A stretch of DNA of 63,582 bases, the filler included, from Thermoplasmatota archaeon (GTDB lineage: Archaea; Thermoplasmatota; E2; JACPAO01; JAHFTW01): the NCBI GenBank assembly GCA_041623215.1. It is 3 parts of 3 records of this genome, joined end to end, with 100 filler letters (N's around TTAATTAATTAA, not from the genome) between each part and the next. Parts side by side here need not be neighbours in the genome. Positions count along the whole stretch, not along the records: positions 1 to 24,413 come from JBFJXH010000012.1; 2 more parts are not named here. One strand, 5' to 3'. How positions within the stretch are numbered: the first letter of the stretch is position 1; every line of letters begins with the position of its first letter. Position numbers and translations under genes: made by a program. Shown piece by piece: positions 8,389 through 17,942 of the stretch. The notes beneath the pieces are model-generated. The model worked only from the letters and a program-made list of their open reading frames with translations, was not told the DNA's origin and did no database searches.

Positions 8389-11129
8389 CGCAGAGTCGCC
8401 GGGGAAAAGGGCCCGCGGCTAGGGGAGCGCCATCGGACGACGCCGCGGGGCGGGAGCGCAGCGACTTTGCCGATCACGTGGGCCGCATGGTCGCCAGGAA
8501 TCCTCGCAAGATTGTTACGGTCTTCATCGTGCTTTTCCTGGCATCACTGCCGGTGCTCTACTCCTTGAGCAGCTTCCTTTCCATTTACGACCTATTGCCG
8601 TCCGGCGACTACTACGACGCCAACGAGGTGCTGAACCAAGATTTGGGCGCCGACAATGTGATGTTTATCCTGACAACGCCGGCCGGGGCCGCCAATGTCA
8701 CGACCACGGATGCGCTTCGGGAGGCGGACCACATCGCGACCCGCTTCGAGGACGTGGATTACGTTCAATCGACGGTGACGTTGGCGGGTTTGGTCAAAGT
8801 CATCAATTTCCTTGGGACCGGCCAATATGAATTACCGCCGGACACGCCGGAGGGCAATGCGCAACTAGAGGCCATGTTCCAAGTCGCCCTGGACCAGTTT
8901 GGCGAGGACATGGTGTACGACTTTGTCCTGAATCGAGAGCATACGGCGGGCGTCGGACTCATCATCATGGAGCGCGGCCATTCGCTCCAGCAATACCGGG
9001 ATTGGCAAGTGGAATTGAAGGAATTGGGGCTCGAAATGGATGGGCAAAACCCGTGGTCCGAGGCGACCACGAACGAGCCCATTAGCATTGATGTCATCTA
9101 TGCCGATTTGGACAATGTCACCATCAACGAAGGCCCCCTGTGGATTCTTGCGGCCGTGATTGTCGCCTCCATCAGCGCCTATTCGGTCCTAAACCGGCGC
9201 GTGTTTGACACGTTCCTGGCGCTATTTGTCTTGATGGTCGCCATCAGCGTCACGCTCACAGTTGGCTTCCTCGTCGGCGTTCGCTTTACCATGCTGTCCA
9301 TGCTCTTGGTGGCACTCATTCTGGGTGCCGGCATTGACTATGCGATGCACGTCATTGCTCGGTACCAGGAGGAACGAGCCCTAGGCTATCCGGTGCGGCG
9401 GGCCATCACACAATCGGCTCGGCACGTTGGCAGCGCTCTCTTCATCACAACGGTGACGACCGTTGTGGGCTTCGTGAGTCTCTACTTCAGTCGCATCAAG
9501 GCCATCGGACAATTCGGTATCATGGTGGGTGCTGGCATGCTGACTGCGTACCTCGCCTGCATCCTCCTCTTGCCCGCGATGTTGATGCTGCACGACGAAC
9601 GCAAGCAACGGCGGGCGAGGGCCAGCGGCAAAAAAGCGGACGCGCCGGCGGAAGAATCCCTGGACGATGCTGCCTTGGAATCTCGCCGCGAGCAACTGGA
9701 GGAGCGCCTTCGTGAAGCGCAACGCGCCGGGTTCATGGGCCGCTTGGCCGAAGCCAATCAGCGCCACCCAGGTCTCATTGTTGCGACGTTTGGCGTGCTG
9801 CTGGTCTTGATGGGCAGCGTGGTTTGGATGAATGGCCTGCAGCTTTGGGGTGCATCCTACATTGAACCGCCGATTCTGGATCCGGAGAGCTATCCAATGC
9901 GAGTCCTGACCAAGTTGAACAACAGCATTGGGATTCCGGCGGAAGGTGCCATCGTGTTTGAAGGGGACATGACGAAGCCAGCGACTCTCAGCTACATTCT
10001 GGCCATTGAGGAGGAGATGACGGGCACATTTGCCTGCGACGATGGCGACGGCGATGGCCAACCGGCGGCCTTCGACGATGACGACCCCGGCGTATGCGTT
10101 GACCCTGAGCGCCGGGACCATGGTATTCTCAACGGCATGAGCACCGCCAGCGTGGTCAAGCTTCTGTACCCGATTCTCGGCATTCCCAGTAGTGGCCAGG
10201 ACGACCAATGGTCGGTTGATTCTGATGGCGACGGCGACCAAGATGCCTGTCCAGCCTCGGCTGACTTCCAAGATGGATGCCCGGACAGTATCCCAGATAC
10301 GAGTGCTGCCCTAACGCGATTCTATGACCGGCTCTACACGACTCCAACGATTCAAGGTGTGATGTACCGCGTCTTATCGGACGACTACGATACGGGAACG
10401 GTGCGTTACTTCTACAACGGCCAGCCGAAGGAAGGCAGCCTCGGAACGGATGTGGACAACTATCGGGTGGCCTACGCCGACTTGCAGATGGCCGCTCAAA
10501 GCGTCCAGGAGGAGTGGCAGAATGCCGGCCGTGCGACGCCGGAGACGAGCCCCGCGACGAGTGTCTTAGCCATTGCCGTGGAAGTAAACGATGCCATTGA
10601 CCGCGGCAACACCATGAGCACCATCCTGATGTTCGGGACGACGTTTGTGATGATTTTCATCTTCTGGCGGCGCACCGTTCCGACCCTGGTCACCATGGTG
10701 CCGGTGGCCGTCTCGGTGGGGGTCCAATACTTCATCATCGCCGCGTTCGGCTTCGAAATCACCTACGTGAGCATTATTCTAACCGGCATGGCGCTGGGGA
10801 TTGGTGTGGACGACGCAGTTCACTTGGTGTCCCGCTTCAAGGAAGAAATGACGGCTGGAAGATCGCCGCGCGAGGCAGCGGTGCTGGCAAACAGTGAGAT
10901 CGGCAAGGTGCTGGTGGCAACCACCGTAACGACCTTGGCGCCTTTCGCGGTCATCGTGTCCAGCGCCGTCATTTGGGGCGCCAACACGGCGTGGATGACC
11001 ATTCCTACCCTGACAAGCGCCTTGTTGGCTACCATCTTCTTGCTCCCTGTCGTTCTTCGATGGCATGGCGAACGGTGGCCGCAAGCGTGGGTCACGCCCC
11101 GGGATCTCAAGCTGGCTGGCAAGCACTAG
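8385..11129 (+). CDS. MMPL/RND-family transporter
   Basis: Two repeats of 1 TM + loop + 5 TM; GAGIDYAMH and GIGVDDAVH motifs; GGAGGT RBS. Confidence 0.9.
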   Translation: MTQSRRGKGPAARGAPSDDAAGRERSDFADHVGRMVARNPRKIVTVFIVLFLASLPVLYSLSSFLSIYDLLPSGDYYDANEVLNQDLGADNVMFILTTPAGAANVTTTDALREADHIATRFEDVDYVQSTVTLAGLVKVINFLGTGQYELPPDTPEGNAQLEAMFQVALDQFGEDMVYDFVLNREHTAGVGLIIMERGHSLQQYRDWQVELKELGLEMDGQNPWSEATTNEPISIDVIYADLDNVTINEGPLWILAAVIVASISAYSVLNRRVFDTFLALFVLMVAISVTLTVGFLVGVRFTMLSMLLVALILGAGIDYAMHVIARYQEERALGYPVRRAITQSARHVGSALFITTVTTVVGFVSLYFSRIKAIGQFGIMVGAGMLTAYLACILLLPAMLMLHDERKQRRARASGKKADAPAEESLDDAALESRREQLEERLREAQRAGFMGRLAEANQRHPGLIVATFGVLLVLMGSVVWMNGLQLWGASYIEPPILDPESYPMRVLTKLNNSIGIPAEGAIVFEGDMTKPATLSYILAIEEEMTGTFACDDGDGDGQPAAFDDDDPGVCVDPERRDHGILNGMSTASVVKLLYPILGIPSSGQDDQWSVDSDGDGDQDACPASADFQDGCPDSIPDTSAALTRFYDRLYTTPTIQGVMYRVLSDDYDTGTVRYFYNGQPKEGSLGTDVDNYRVAYADLQMAAQSVQEEWQNAGRATPETSPATSVLAIAVEVNDAIDRGNTMSTILMFGTTFVMIFIFWRRTVPTLVTMVPVAVSVGVQYFIIAAFGFEITYVSIILTGMALGIGVDDAVHLVSRFKEEMTAGRSPREAAVLANSEIGKVLVATTVTTLAPFAVIVSSAVIWGANTAWMTIPTLTSALLATIFLLPVVLRWHGERWPQAWVTPRDLKLAGKH

Positions 11130-11132
11130 CCT

Positions 11133-11621
11133 TTGCTTGCAGCCCTGCGCCCGTTAGGAACCAAGCAGGCAAGGCCGTCGCAGGAACTTCGCGTCGCCGC
11201 TCCAGCCGCTTCGCGTCGAAGCCCCCAAGAACTCGGCCCTTTTGGCCGCCCTGTGCCCGGACAAGGCCACGGCGCTGCCGCGGATGCAGTCGACTTGGAG
11301 ACTGCCTACTACAATCACCACGACTTGCGGCCCACCTTTACGCGCGAGGAGTGCAGCCGGCGGCGCGCGAGCGGCGCCACGCTTCGTAGGTTCTTGGACG
11401 ACAAGCAGGACAAGTCGGTGCTGAACAAGATGACCAAGATTCGCGCGTCACACGCGGTATCCAACAACGACGACGTGGTCGTCGTGTGGGCACAACAACT
11501 GATGGCGGACGGTAAAGAGGAAGAATTGGACCGGCGCCTAGTTGAGATTGCCAAAGCGACGGTCATTCCCGAGCGTGGCACGAGCCCTGGCGCGCCGGGC
11601 CACGACGGCGCTGACTGGTAG
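11133..11621 (+). CDS. hypothetical protein or gene fragment; start uncertain
   Basis: C-terminal two thirds look protein-like with GC-ending codons; N-terminal part does not. Confidence 0.3.
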   Translation: MLAALRPLGTKQARPSQELRVAAPAASRRSPQELGPFGRPVPGQGHGAAADAVDLETAYYNHHDLRPTFTREECSRRRASGATLRRFLDDKQDKSVLNKMTKIRASHAVSNNDDVVVVWAQQLMADGKEEELDRRLVEIAKATVIPERGTSPGAPGHDGADW

Positions 11622-11681
11622 GGGCCACCCCTCAAACTTGAGGTGCCCTGCATTTGCTGGGTGCCAATCGCGTGCTTGCAG

Positions 11682-12230
11682 CTATGGCTTCCATTTGATG
11701 TTGCAGCCCATGCTCGGCACTTGTTCTGGCATGGCGCTGCCGTACAGCAGCGCATCCATTGCCTGTTCGAGGTCTCCGCCGGTGACCGGGATATCGTTGC
11801 CCGGCCGCGCCCTGTCGAATTGGCCGCGATACGCTAACCGGTGTTCGCGGTCGTAGAGGAAGAAGTCGGGCGTACATTGGGCATCGAAGGTTCGAGCTAC
11901 TTCTTGGGTTTCATCGAACAAATAGGGGACTGCGTAGCCTCGCAGGTCCGCCTCTTCCTCCATCTTTTCAGGGGAGTCGTCGGGATAGTTCTCCACGTCG
12001 TTGCTGTTGATGAGTACGACGCCAAAGCCGCGCTCCCACGCGTCCTCCGTCACCACGGCCAATCGGTCAGCAATGTGCTTCACGTAGGGACAATGGTTGC
12101 AAATGAAGGCCACCAGAAGTGGCTTTCCCGCGAAGTCATCGCGCGTGACGCGGCTGCCGTCGAGGTCGGGCAAGTCGAAATCAGGACAAGGGGCGCCGAG
12201 GTTGACCATGCTGCTTGGCGTGAGGACCAT
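11682..12230 (-). CDS. thioredoxin-fold AhpC/TSA-like protein
   Basis: FICNHCPYV, AQCTPDFFLYD, YRGQFD, SMGCNIKWK. Confidence 0.92.
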   Translation of the reverse strand: MVLTPSSMVNLGAPCPDFDLPDLDGSRVTRDDFAGKPLLVAFICNHCPYVKHIADRLAVVTEDAWERGFGVVLINSNDVENYPDDSPEKMEEEADLRGYAVPYLFDETQEVARTFDAQCTPDFFLYDREHRLAYRGQFDRARPGNDIPVTGGDLEQAMDALLYGSAMPEQVPSMGCNIKWKP

Positions 12231-12350
12231 AGATGGCGGAGTCAGGCTGCCACGAAAAAGGCGCAGGTGCAGGGCAGGTCACTTGCCCGGAATTGTCGGG
12301 CACAAAATTAGGGGGGTGGAGGGGAAGGAGGAAGGGCTACAACGTCGGGT

Positions 12351-12551
12351 TCAGTTGTTGTTCTGAGCCTTCAGTTCGCGGGCGGCGTGCGTCCACTTGA
12401 CGTAGCGGTTGACACGGCCGAGGCCCTGGTGGTTGCGAAGCGCCTTGCGGTTCTTGTAGTACAAGACCTCGCCGTTACGCTTGACGTACATGATCCCTGT
12501 TCCGGGTTCGATGTCGTCGCCGCTGAAACTGCATTGGCGGACGGTGGCCAT
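12351..12551 (-). CDS. rpl24e: 50S ribosomal protein L24e
   Basis: CSFSGDDIEPGTGIMYVKRNG...KWT; canonical operon position. Confidence 0.95.
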   Translation of the reverse strand: MATVRQCSFSGDDIEPGTGIMYVKRNGEVLYYKNRKALRNHQGLGRVNRYVKWTHAARELKAQNNN

Positions 12552-12808
12552 TAACGGCGGCCTCCCATCTTCTTCGCCTCGCGCTCCGTTTCACGCAGCA
12601 ACAAGATGTCGCCGAGCTGGACGGGGCCCATGCAGTTGCGGGCGATGATGCGGCCAGCGTCGCGGCCAGCCATCACGCGAACCTTGACAAGCGTCACTTC
12701 GCCCGTCATGCCGCCGCGGCCCATGACCTCGACGACTTCGCTCGGGAACGCATCCAAGTGCGTTTCGACCTCGGTCGTTTCGGTGGTCTTGACTTCTTCG
12801 TCAGCCAT
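12551..12808 (-). CDS. rps28e: 30S ribosomal protein S28e
   Basis: [44 protein letters not shown]. Confidence 0.95.
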   Translation of the reverse strand: MADEEVKTTETTEVETHLDAFPSEVVEVMGRGGMTGEVTLVKVRVMAGRDAGRIIARNCMGPVQLGDILLLRETEREAKKMGGRR

Positions 12809-12819
12809 GTGCAATCACC

Positions 12820-13185
12820 TTAGGCCTTGAGGGCGCTGGCCTTCGTGACCAAGTCTTCCAGGGCGTCCGCGCTGGCACCGGCATCCAAGATGGCGGTGGC
12901 GGCGGTCGCGACGGGAAGGCCGGCAGAGGCGCCGAGCTCGGTCTTGCTGGGCACGTAGCCGTAGGGGATGCCCTTTTCTTCGCACAGCAGAGGGACGTGG
13001 GCCAGGAGTTCTTCCGGGCTGACGTCTTCGGCCATGACGACGAACTTGGCGGTGCCGCGTTCGACCTGCTTGGTCACTTCGTTGGCGCCCTTGGCCACGC
13101 GGCCGGTAGAGCGAGCTTTTTCGAGCGTCTCGTAGATTTGGTTCGAGAGTTCCTTGGGGGTCTCGAAGCGTACGAACATTGCCAT
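12820..13185 (-). CDS. rpl7ae: 50S ribosomal protein L7Ae
   Basis: KGANEVTKQVERG, AEDVSPEE, PLLCEEKGIPY, ELGASAG. Confidence 0.96.
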   Translation of the reverse strand: MAMFVRFETPKELSNQIYETLEKARSTGRVAKGANEVTKQVERGTAKFVVMAEDVSPEELLAHVPLLCEEKGIPYGYVPSKTELGASAGLPVATAATAILDAGASADALEDLVTKASALKA

Positions 13186-13189
13186 GTGT

Positions 13190-13241
13190 GTTGTCTCCAT
13201 CATCCCAACTCGAGGTTGGGGTTCATCTTGTCACGGACAAC
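13190..13241 (-). promoter_or_regulatory. tandem kink-turn element in the rpl7ae 5' UTR
   Basis: GUUGUC-CGU-GA-CA-AGAU-GA-AC-CCCAAC loop GUUGGG-AU-GA-UG-GA-GACAAC; overlaps the GGAG RBS. Confidence 0.8.
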
Positions 13242-13343
13242 CCGTCCGCCGCCAACCACGGGGGTGGCGTGCGGTGGAGCGCGGCATGACGAGCCATGCT
13301 CCCCTCCTCGCGGAGCGGTCACCAGGGCCGCCGACTTGGGCCT

Positions 13344-13351
13344 TGTATATA
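13344..13351 (-). promoter_or_regulatory. TATA box of the rpl7ae operon
   Basis: TTATATAC on the minus strand, implying a leader of roughly 135 nt. Confidence 0.6.
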
Positions 13352-13370
13352 ACCTTCGGGGCCGTTTCCT

Positions 13371-13907
13371 TCAGGGCCGGGTTCGGCGTCGACCCGGCAG
13401 GGGTGCAGGCCCGGTGCCAGCAGATGGGGCCGGCCCCTTGGCGGCCCGCGCAGGCTTCGTCGGCCGACTCGCCGCGGGGCCGGACGGAGCCTGGCGGGGG
13501 CCCTTAGGTTGCACAACGGGGACACGCTTGCCGCCTTGGCTGAAGTCACGCCGTTCCACCAGAACGCCCAGCCTGTCGGTGAGCGTCTTGATGGTGCCGG
13601 AAGTGGCCCGTGTTCGAATGGATACTTGTTGTTGGCCCGCATCCAGCTTCATGGCATCAATGGACCCGAGAACGCCTCGCATGGCATTCACCTGGTAGTG
13701 GTGGACTCGGACGATGCCGTCGGGAAACACGTAGCGCGTCAACTGGGGTCGCGTAGGCCCCGCTGCCTCCGGCTGGACCGGCCAGTCTTCGCCACAGCGA
13801 GCCACGGCCGCGTCGATGGCGCGGGCGACGGCGGACCGGCTGGGCGCTTGGGGGGCCTGCAGCCGAAATGCGATGTAGCGCCAGTGGGGGTCGTGTGCCT
13901 TACTCAT
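13371..13907 (-). CDS. RNase P protein component, Rpp14/Pop5 family
   Basis: WRYIAFRL N-terminus, GIVRVHH, ATSGTIKTL; low-complexity basic tail. Confidence 0.7.
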   Translation of the reverse strand: MSKAHDPHWRYIAFRLQAPQAPSRSAVARAIDAAVARCGEDWPVQPEAAGPTRPQLTRYVFPDGIVRVHHYQVNAMRGVLGSIDAMKLDAGQQQVSIRTRATSGTIKTLTDRLGVLVERRDFSQGGKRVPVVQPKGPRQAPSGPAASRPTKPARAAKGPAPSAGTGPAPLPGRRRTRP

Positions 13908-14827
13908 GCCGCCAACTCCTCGGCGGCCGCACCGTCTCCAGCATGGGGTCCCTGAGATGCCGCAAGTTCTTGTTCCAAGGACACGGCGACCTGCGGGCTG
14001 GGTCCGGTGCGCTCGAATTCCATGCTTCGACTCACGCGGTTCAGAATGGCATTACGGCGGCGAGAGCGACGCCACGACTGAATCCCGATGCCAAGGGGTG
14101 CGGCCAAGCCCAGCGGCAAGCTCGCCCAGACGGGAACGTCCAGCACGCCCGACAAGAGGGCAATGATGGGGGCGGCCGCAGCGACAATGACGAGGATTGT
14201 GAAGAAGCCAAGAAACGGCGCTTCCGCCTCGGCGATGAGGCGCTCCCGCGTGGCCACATCGAGACGTTCCGCATCCGGAACCAAGGGGCGATTCAGTTCC
14301 TGGAACCGACCGCGCACAATGTCCATTGCGGCCAGATAGCCGGCCGACTCCGCTTCCCAGCGGGTAAAGGCACTGGGGGTGAACGGCACGGTCCACACGG
14401 CGCCTCCGGGAAACTCCAATCCCAGGCCCATTTGGGTCACCTTCCCGTCACTTGATGCAAAGGGGCTCACGAATGCTCCCGTCACATCGTAATAGGTTGG
14501 ATACACGGCCTCAAGTTCGGACCATGCCACAAACGCCGGTCGGCGCCCAAGGCCAATCAGGTTTCGCGCTTGGTCCAGGACGGTGCGGCTAGGCGAAATG
14601 CCATGCGCGTAGATGCGGGTATCGCTGTTGCGAAGCAGCAGCATCAGCAAGGCGACGACGACCACGGGCGCTGCGTAAAATGCGGCAACTTCCAGGCGTT
14701 GGTCGCGTAGCAAGTTCTCAAGGACCCCGCCGCTTAGGAACACCAAGCCCGACAAGATGATGCCCGCATACAGAATGGGATGCACCCTGGGGGGTCGGTA
14801 TTCCAGCAGTAGCGGTCCCCTGTCCAC
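13904..14827 (-). CDS. hypothetical membrane protein (2+2 TM)
   Basis: Two hydrophobic pairs around a soluble domain; stop overlaps the Pop5 start; start estimated. Confidence 0.65.
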   Translation of the reverse strand: MDRGPLLLEYRPPRVHPILYAGIILSGLVFLSGGVLENLLRDQRLEVAAFYAAPVVVVALLMLLLRNSDTRIYAHGISPSRTVLDQARNLIGLGRRPAFVAWSELEAVYPTYYDVTGAFVSPFASSDGKVTQMGLGLEFPGGAVWTVPFTPSAFTRWEAESAGYLAAMDIVRGRFQELNRPLVPDAERLDVATRERLIAEAEAPFLGFFTILVIVAAAAPIIALLSGVLDVPVWASLPLGLAAPLGIGIQSWRRSRRRNAILNRVSRSMEFERTGPSPQVAVSLEQELAASQGPHAGDGAAAEELAA

Positions 14828-14970
14828 AGCCAGCCGAGGGTCAGTCCGTGAAAAGTTCCTGGGGTCCGCCGGAAGGCCAAACGTCGTTCGTAGACACGCC
14901 TGGGGCCGACCAACGACGCGCCTGGGCGCGTCCAACGGGCATCATCAACAGCACCACCATGTGGAGCAGT

Positions 14971-15483
14971 ATGCTTGCACGAATCTTGCTCGCATGCCTG
15001 CTCATGACTGCCACGCTGGCCCAAGGCGCCGCCCCCATCGCATCCGGGGCGGCCGTCATCAACGAAGTGTATGTGAATCCTCCCGGGTCTGAATCAGGCG
15101 CCGAATGGGTGGAACTCTACAATCCATCCCCCGTGCCACTGAATGTGGATGGGTGGCGCCTCGCGGACGACGATGGCAAAAGTCAGCCCTTGAGCGGCGC
15201 CATTCCTGCGTTTGGTTACGTCGCGGTCATGCTGGATGCCGAGTCTTTCCGGATTCGCTTGGCCAATACGGCGGACGAGGTGCGGCTGGAGGATGCCGAC
15301 GGCAAAACGGTGGATGCCATTTCCTATGGCGAAGGCGCCATGCCGGCACCCGGAGAAGGCCAATCCCTAGCACGACACTACCTGATTGGCACGTCTGGTC
15401 CGGCCGCGGCAAACCTGGACTCATGGTATGTAGAGGACGAGCCGACGCCCGGTGCCGTCAACGACCGCTACCTCATTGACTAG
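14971..15483 (+). CDS. secreted lamin-tail-domain protein
   Basis: Signal peptide; VINEVYVNP, EWVELYNP, GWRLAD, PTPGAVN. Confidence 0.85.
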   Translation: MLARILLACLLMTATLAQGAAPIASGAAVINEVYVNPPGSESGAEWVELYNPSPVPLNVDGWRLADDDGKSQPLSGAIPAFGYVAVMLDAESFRIRLANTADEVRLEDADGKTVDAISYGEGAMPAPGEGQSLARHYLIGTSGPAAANLDSWYVEDEPTPGAVNDRYLID

Positions 15484-15489
15484 CGTGGT

Positions 15490-15846
15490 CTAATCGTCCA
15501 TCAGGGCGATAATGGTCTCGGCCAGGTCCCCTGTTTCATCAAGACTGGCTCGCACCTCTTCCTCCGTCTTCCCCGTTTGCTCCATGGCCATTTGGACGTC
15601 CTCCTCGCTAATGGCGATGGTCACCGCATGCTCTTCAATCCGCGGCGTGCCGTTGATCGTGTACGTCTCGGTGCCTTGAGCCCGCATGATGCTCACGGTA
15701 GCATTGTCAAAAATGTAGTCGCGCGTCGGCGTTTTGATGACAATCTCCTGCACGTCATCAAGTTCAGCCATGTCAATGCCGAGCTTGCGCATCATCTGTT
15801 GCATCTGGCGCGGATTGCCTCCGCCCATACCCATCCCCGGGATCAC
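15490..15846 (-). CDS. nac: nascent polypeptide-associated complex protein
   Basis: NPRQMQQMMRKLGI, EEDVQMAMEQTG, GDLAETIIAL. Confidence 0.92.
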   Translation of the reverse strand: MIPGMGMGGGNPRQMQQMMRKLGIDMAELDDVQEIVIKTPTRDYIFDNATVSIMRAQGTETYTINGTPRIEEHAVTIAISEEDVQMAMEQTGKTEEEVRASLDETGDLAETIIALMDD

Positions 15847-15890
15847 GGGACGCGGCCAAGGCTGAAGTCCGTTTGACCCTTTGCGTTGCC

Positions 15891-17354
15891 GTGGCCTCCC
15901 CCACGCAGCTTCCTGGCGCACTCCCCATTCACGAATTCAGGCGACTCGATTGGAATGCCGTGGGCCTAGGCGTTCCCATTGAGCAGTTGATGGCCAAGGC
16001 GGGTCAGGAACTTGCCTCGGGTGTCGCGGATTTGCCGGCCCCGTTCGTGTTCCTGTGTGGTAAGGGCAACAATGGTGGCGATGGCTATGCTGCGGCGGTC
16101 GAGCTCATGGGCCGCGGACACGACGTCGTGGTGGTGGATGCTGAGCCGCGCGCCAAGCGGTCGTCAGCCACCCAGGCGTTTCGCAGGCGTGTGCTGCCAT
16201 CCCAGTTGGTGGCTTGGGCCGATGCGACAGCCGGCGAGAAGCGAAATTGGAAGGCGGGCACGGTCATTGATTGCCTGCTGGGCTCTGGCATCCAGGGCCC
16301 TCCGCGAGCGCCCTACGACGCGATGCTTCGCTGGGCTGCACGCCACGACAGGGTCGTCTCGTGCGATATTCCCTCTGGCCTTGGCTCCAGCCGTGGCTCG
16401 CCGTTGCGGCCTGTGAGGACTGTAACGTTTCACGCTCCTAAGCTTGGGATGAATGAAGGCAATGCAGGAGAGATTCGTGTGGTGACCATCGGCTTTCCAC
16501 GCGGCGTGGCGGACATCGGCTTGGGCGACCTCATGGTTGGCTATCCGCGCCCGCGCGCTGGTAGTCATAAGGGCGACAATGGCCGGGTGCTCGTGGTGGG
16601 GGGCGGGCCGTTTACGGGTGCACCGTGGTACGCTGGCATGGCCGCCTTGCGCACGGGCGCGGACCTCGCCCGCGTCGTTGCGCCAAGAGACGCGGCTGAC
16701 GTGATTCAATCATGGGGGCCGGAACCGATGGTCAGCCAATCGGGGCCCGGGGAATCCTTGCATCCCAGTCATGTTGATGCGGTCATCTCGTGGCTGCACC
16801 ATGCTGATGCCCTGGTCTTAGGGCCGGGGCTGGGCACGCAGGCCGACAGTCTCGCAGCGGCCCACGCGGTGCTGATGCAGGCCGCCCGGCGCGGCCTGCC
16901 CGCCCTGGTGGATGCAGATGCCCTGCAGGCATTGGACGCTGAGGTCCTCGAAGCGTATCGTGACCTGCCCGGCTGCCTGGTGCTTACCCCGCACGCAGGG
17001 GAATTTCGGCGTCTAACCGGCAAGGTAGCTGGGCCGGCAACCGTCCAGCGGTATGCCCAGGCCAAGGGTTGTACCGTGGTCGTAAAGGGCCGCGTGGACC
17101 TGGCTAGTGACGGCGTGATCCTTCGGCGGTGCAAACTTGGCCACCCGACCATGACTGTTGGTGGGACGGGCGATGTCCTAGCGGGGGCCATCGGCGCGCT
17201 TTTGGCCAAAGGTGCCCGGGGCTTAGACGCAGCCGGAGCAGGTCTGTACTTGGTCAACGAAGCCGGGTCCGCCGCAGCGGATTTACGGTCCTATGGGGCC
17301 ACAGCCGCCGACGTCTTGGAAGCCATTCCCTCCGTGCTGCACCGGCTGACGTAA
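15891..17354 (+). CDS. nnr: bifunctional NAD(P)HX epimerase/dehydratase (NnrE-NnrD, YjeF)
   Basis: CGKGNNGGDG, DIPSG, SHKGDNG, GPGLG, DADAL, LTPHAGEF, GGTGDVLAG; start approximate. Confidence 0.92.
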   Translation: MASPTQLPGALPIHEFRRLDWNAVGLGVPIEQLMAKAGQELASGVADLPAPFVFLCGKGNNGGDGYAAAVELMGRGHDVVVVDAEPRAKRSSATQAFRRRVLPSQLVAWADATAGEKRNWKAGTVIDCLLGSGIQGPPRAPYDAMLRWAARHDRVVSCDIPSGLGSSRGSPLRPVRTVTFHAPKLGMNEGNAGEIRVVTIGFPRGVADIGLGDLMVGYPRPRAGSHKGDNGRVLVVGGGPFTGAPWYAGMAALRTGADLARVVAPRDAADVIQSWGPEPMVSQSGPGESLHPSHVDAVISWLHHADALVLGPGLGTQADSLAAAHAVLMQAARRGLPALVDADALQALDAEVLEAYRDLPGCLVLTPHAGEFRRLTGKVAGPATVQRYAQAKGCTVVVKGRVDLASDGVILRRCKLGHPTMTVGGTGDVLAGAIGALLAKGARGLDAAGAGLYLVNEAGSAAADLRSYGATAADVLEAIPSVLHRLT

Positions 17355-17398
17355 GCGCTTCTCGCGGTGCCCTTGAGCAGCCGCTGGCGGGCTGGCCG

Positions 17399-17884
17399 TC
17401 ATGGACGCCATACCCAGCGAACTTCCATGCCGGCCTCGACGGGCATGCAGGCTGCGCTTCGGTCGGCCCAGCGCCACGGGGTCGCGGCAGCGGTTGCGTT
17501 TCCTGCCGCTTGGCGGGTATAGTATTCCCATCCGGTACCGTCTCGTTTCTCGCGCAACCCCGCCATTTCGGCCACGTAGCTGCCACAGGGGCCGAATCCC
17601 GCCAATTGGTGTACCTCCACCTGGAGCGACGCGTCGGCGCTGGCTGTCAGCAGCGCATCTAGCACGGACGCATCGCGGTTTTCCACGGCCACGGACCCCG
17701 CCCAGATGGTGTGGTTGTCATCCCCGAGAACGGTTAGCAGAATCTCGATGGATCCGTTGTCGGCGTCGTCGCTTGCGGGCATGGCGCCCAAGCTGCTTTG
17801 GCCTGGGCTCAACAGCAAGGCAACCGCGACGGCAACCAGCGCGGTCAGGATGGCGACTGGCACAGCCGTGCGAACAACTCCCAT
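17399..17884 (-). CDS. membrane-anchored DUF4430-like (transcobalamin beta-domain-like) protein
   Basis: N-terminal TM; SVLDALL...GSYVAEMAG...GWEYY...GMEVRWVW pattern. Confidence 0.65.
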   Translation of the reverse strand: MGVVRTAVPVAILTALVAVAVALLLSPGQSSLGAMPASDDADNGSIEILLTVLGDDNHTIWAGSVAVENRDASVLDALLTASADASLQVEVHQLAGFGPCGSYVAEMAGLREKRDGTGWEYYTRQAAGNATAAATPWRWADRSAACMPVEAGMEVRWVWRP

Positions 17885-17942
17885 TCAAGGCTCCTTGACA
17901 ACTCTCACGAAGACTTGAACGTGCAAAAGGCTTGGCCGCCCC

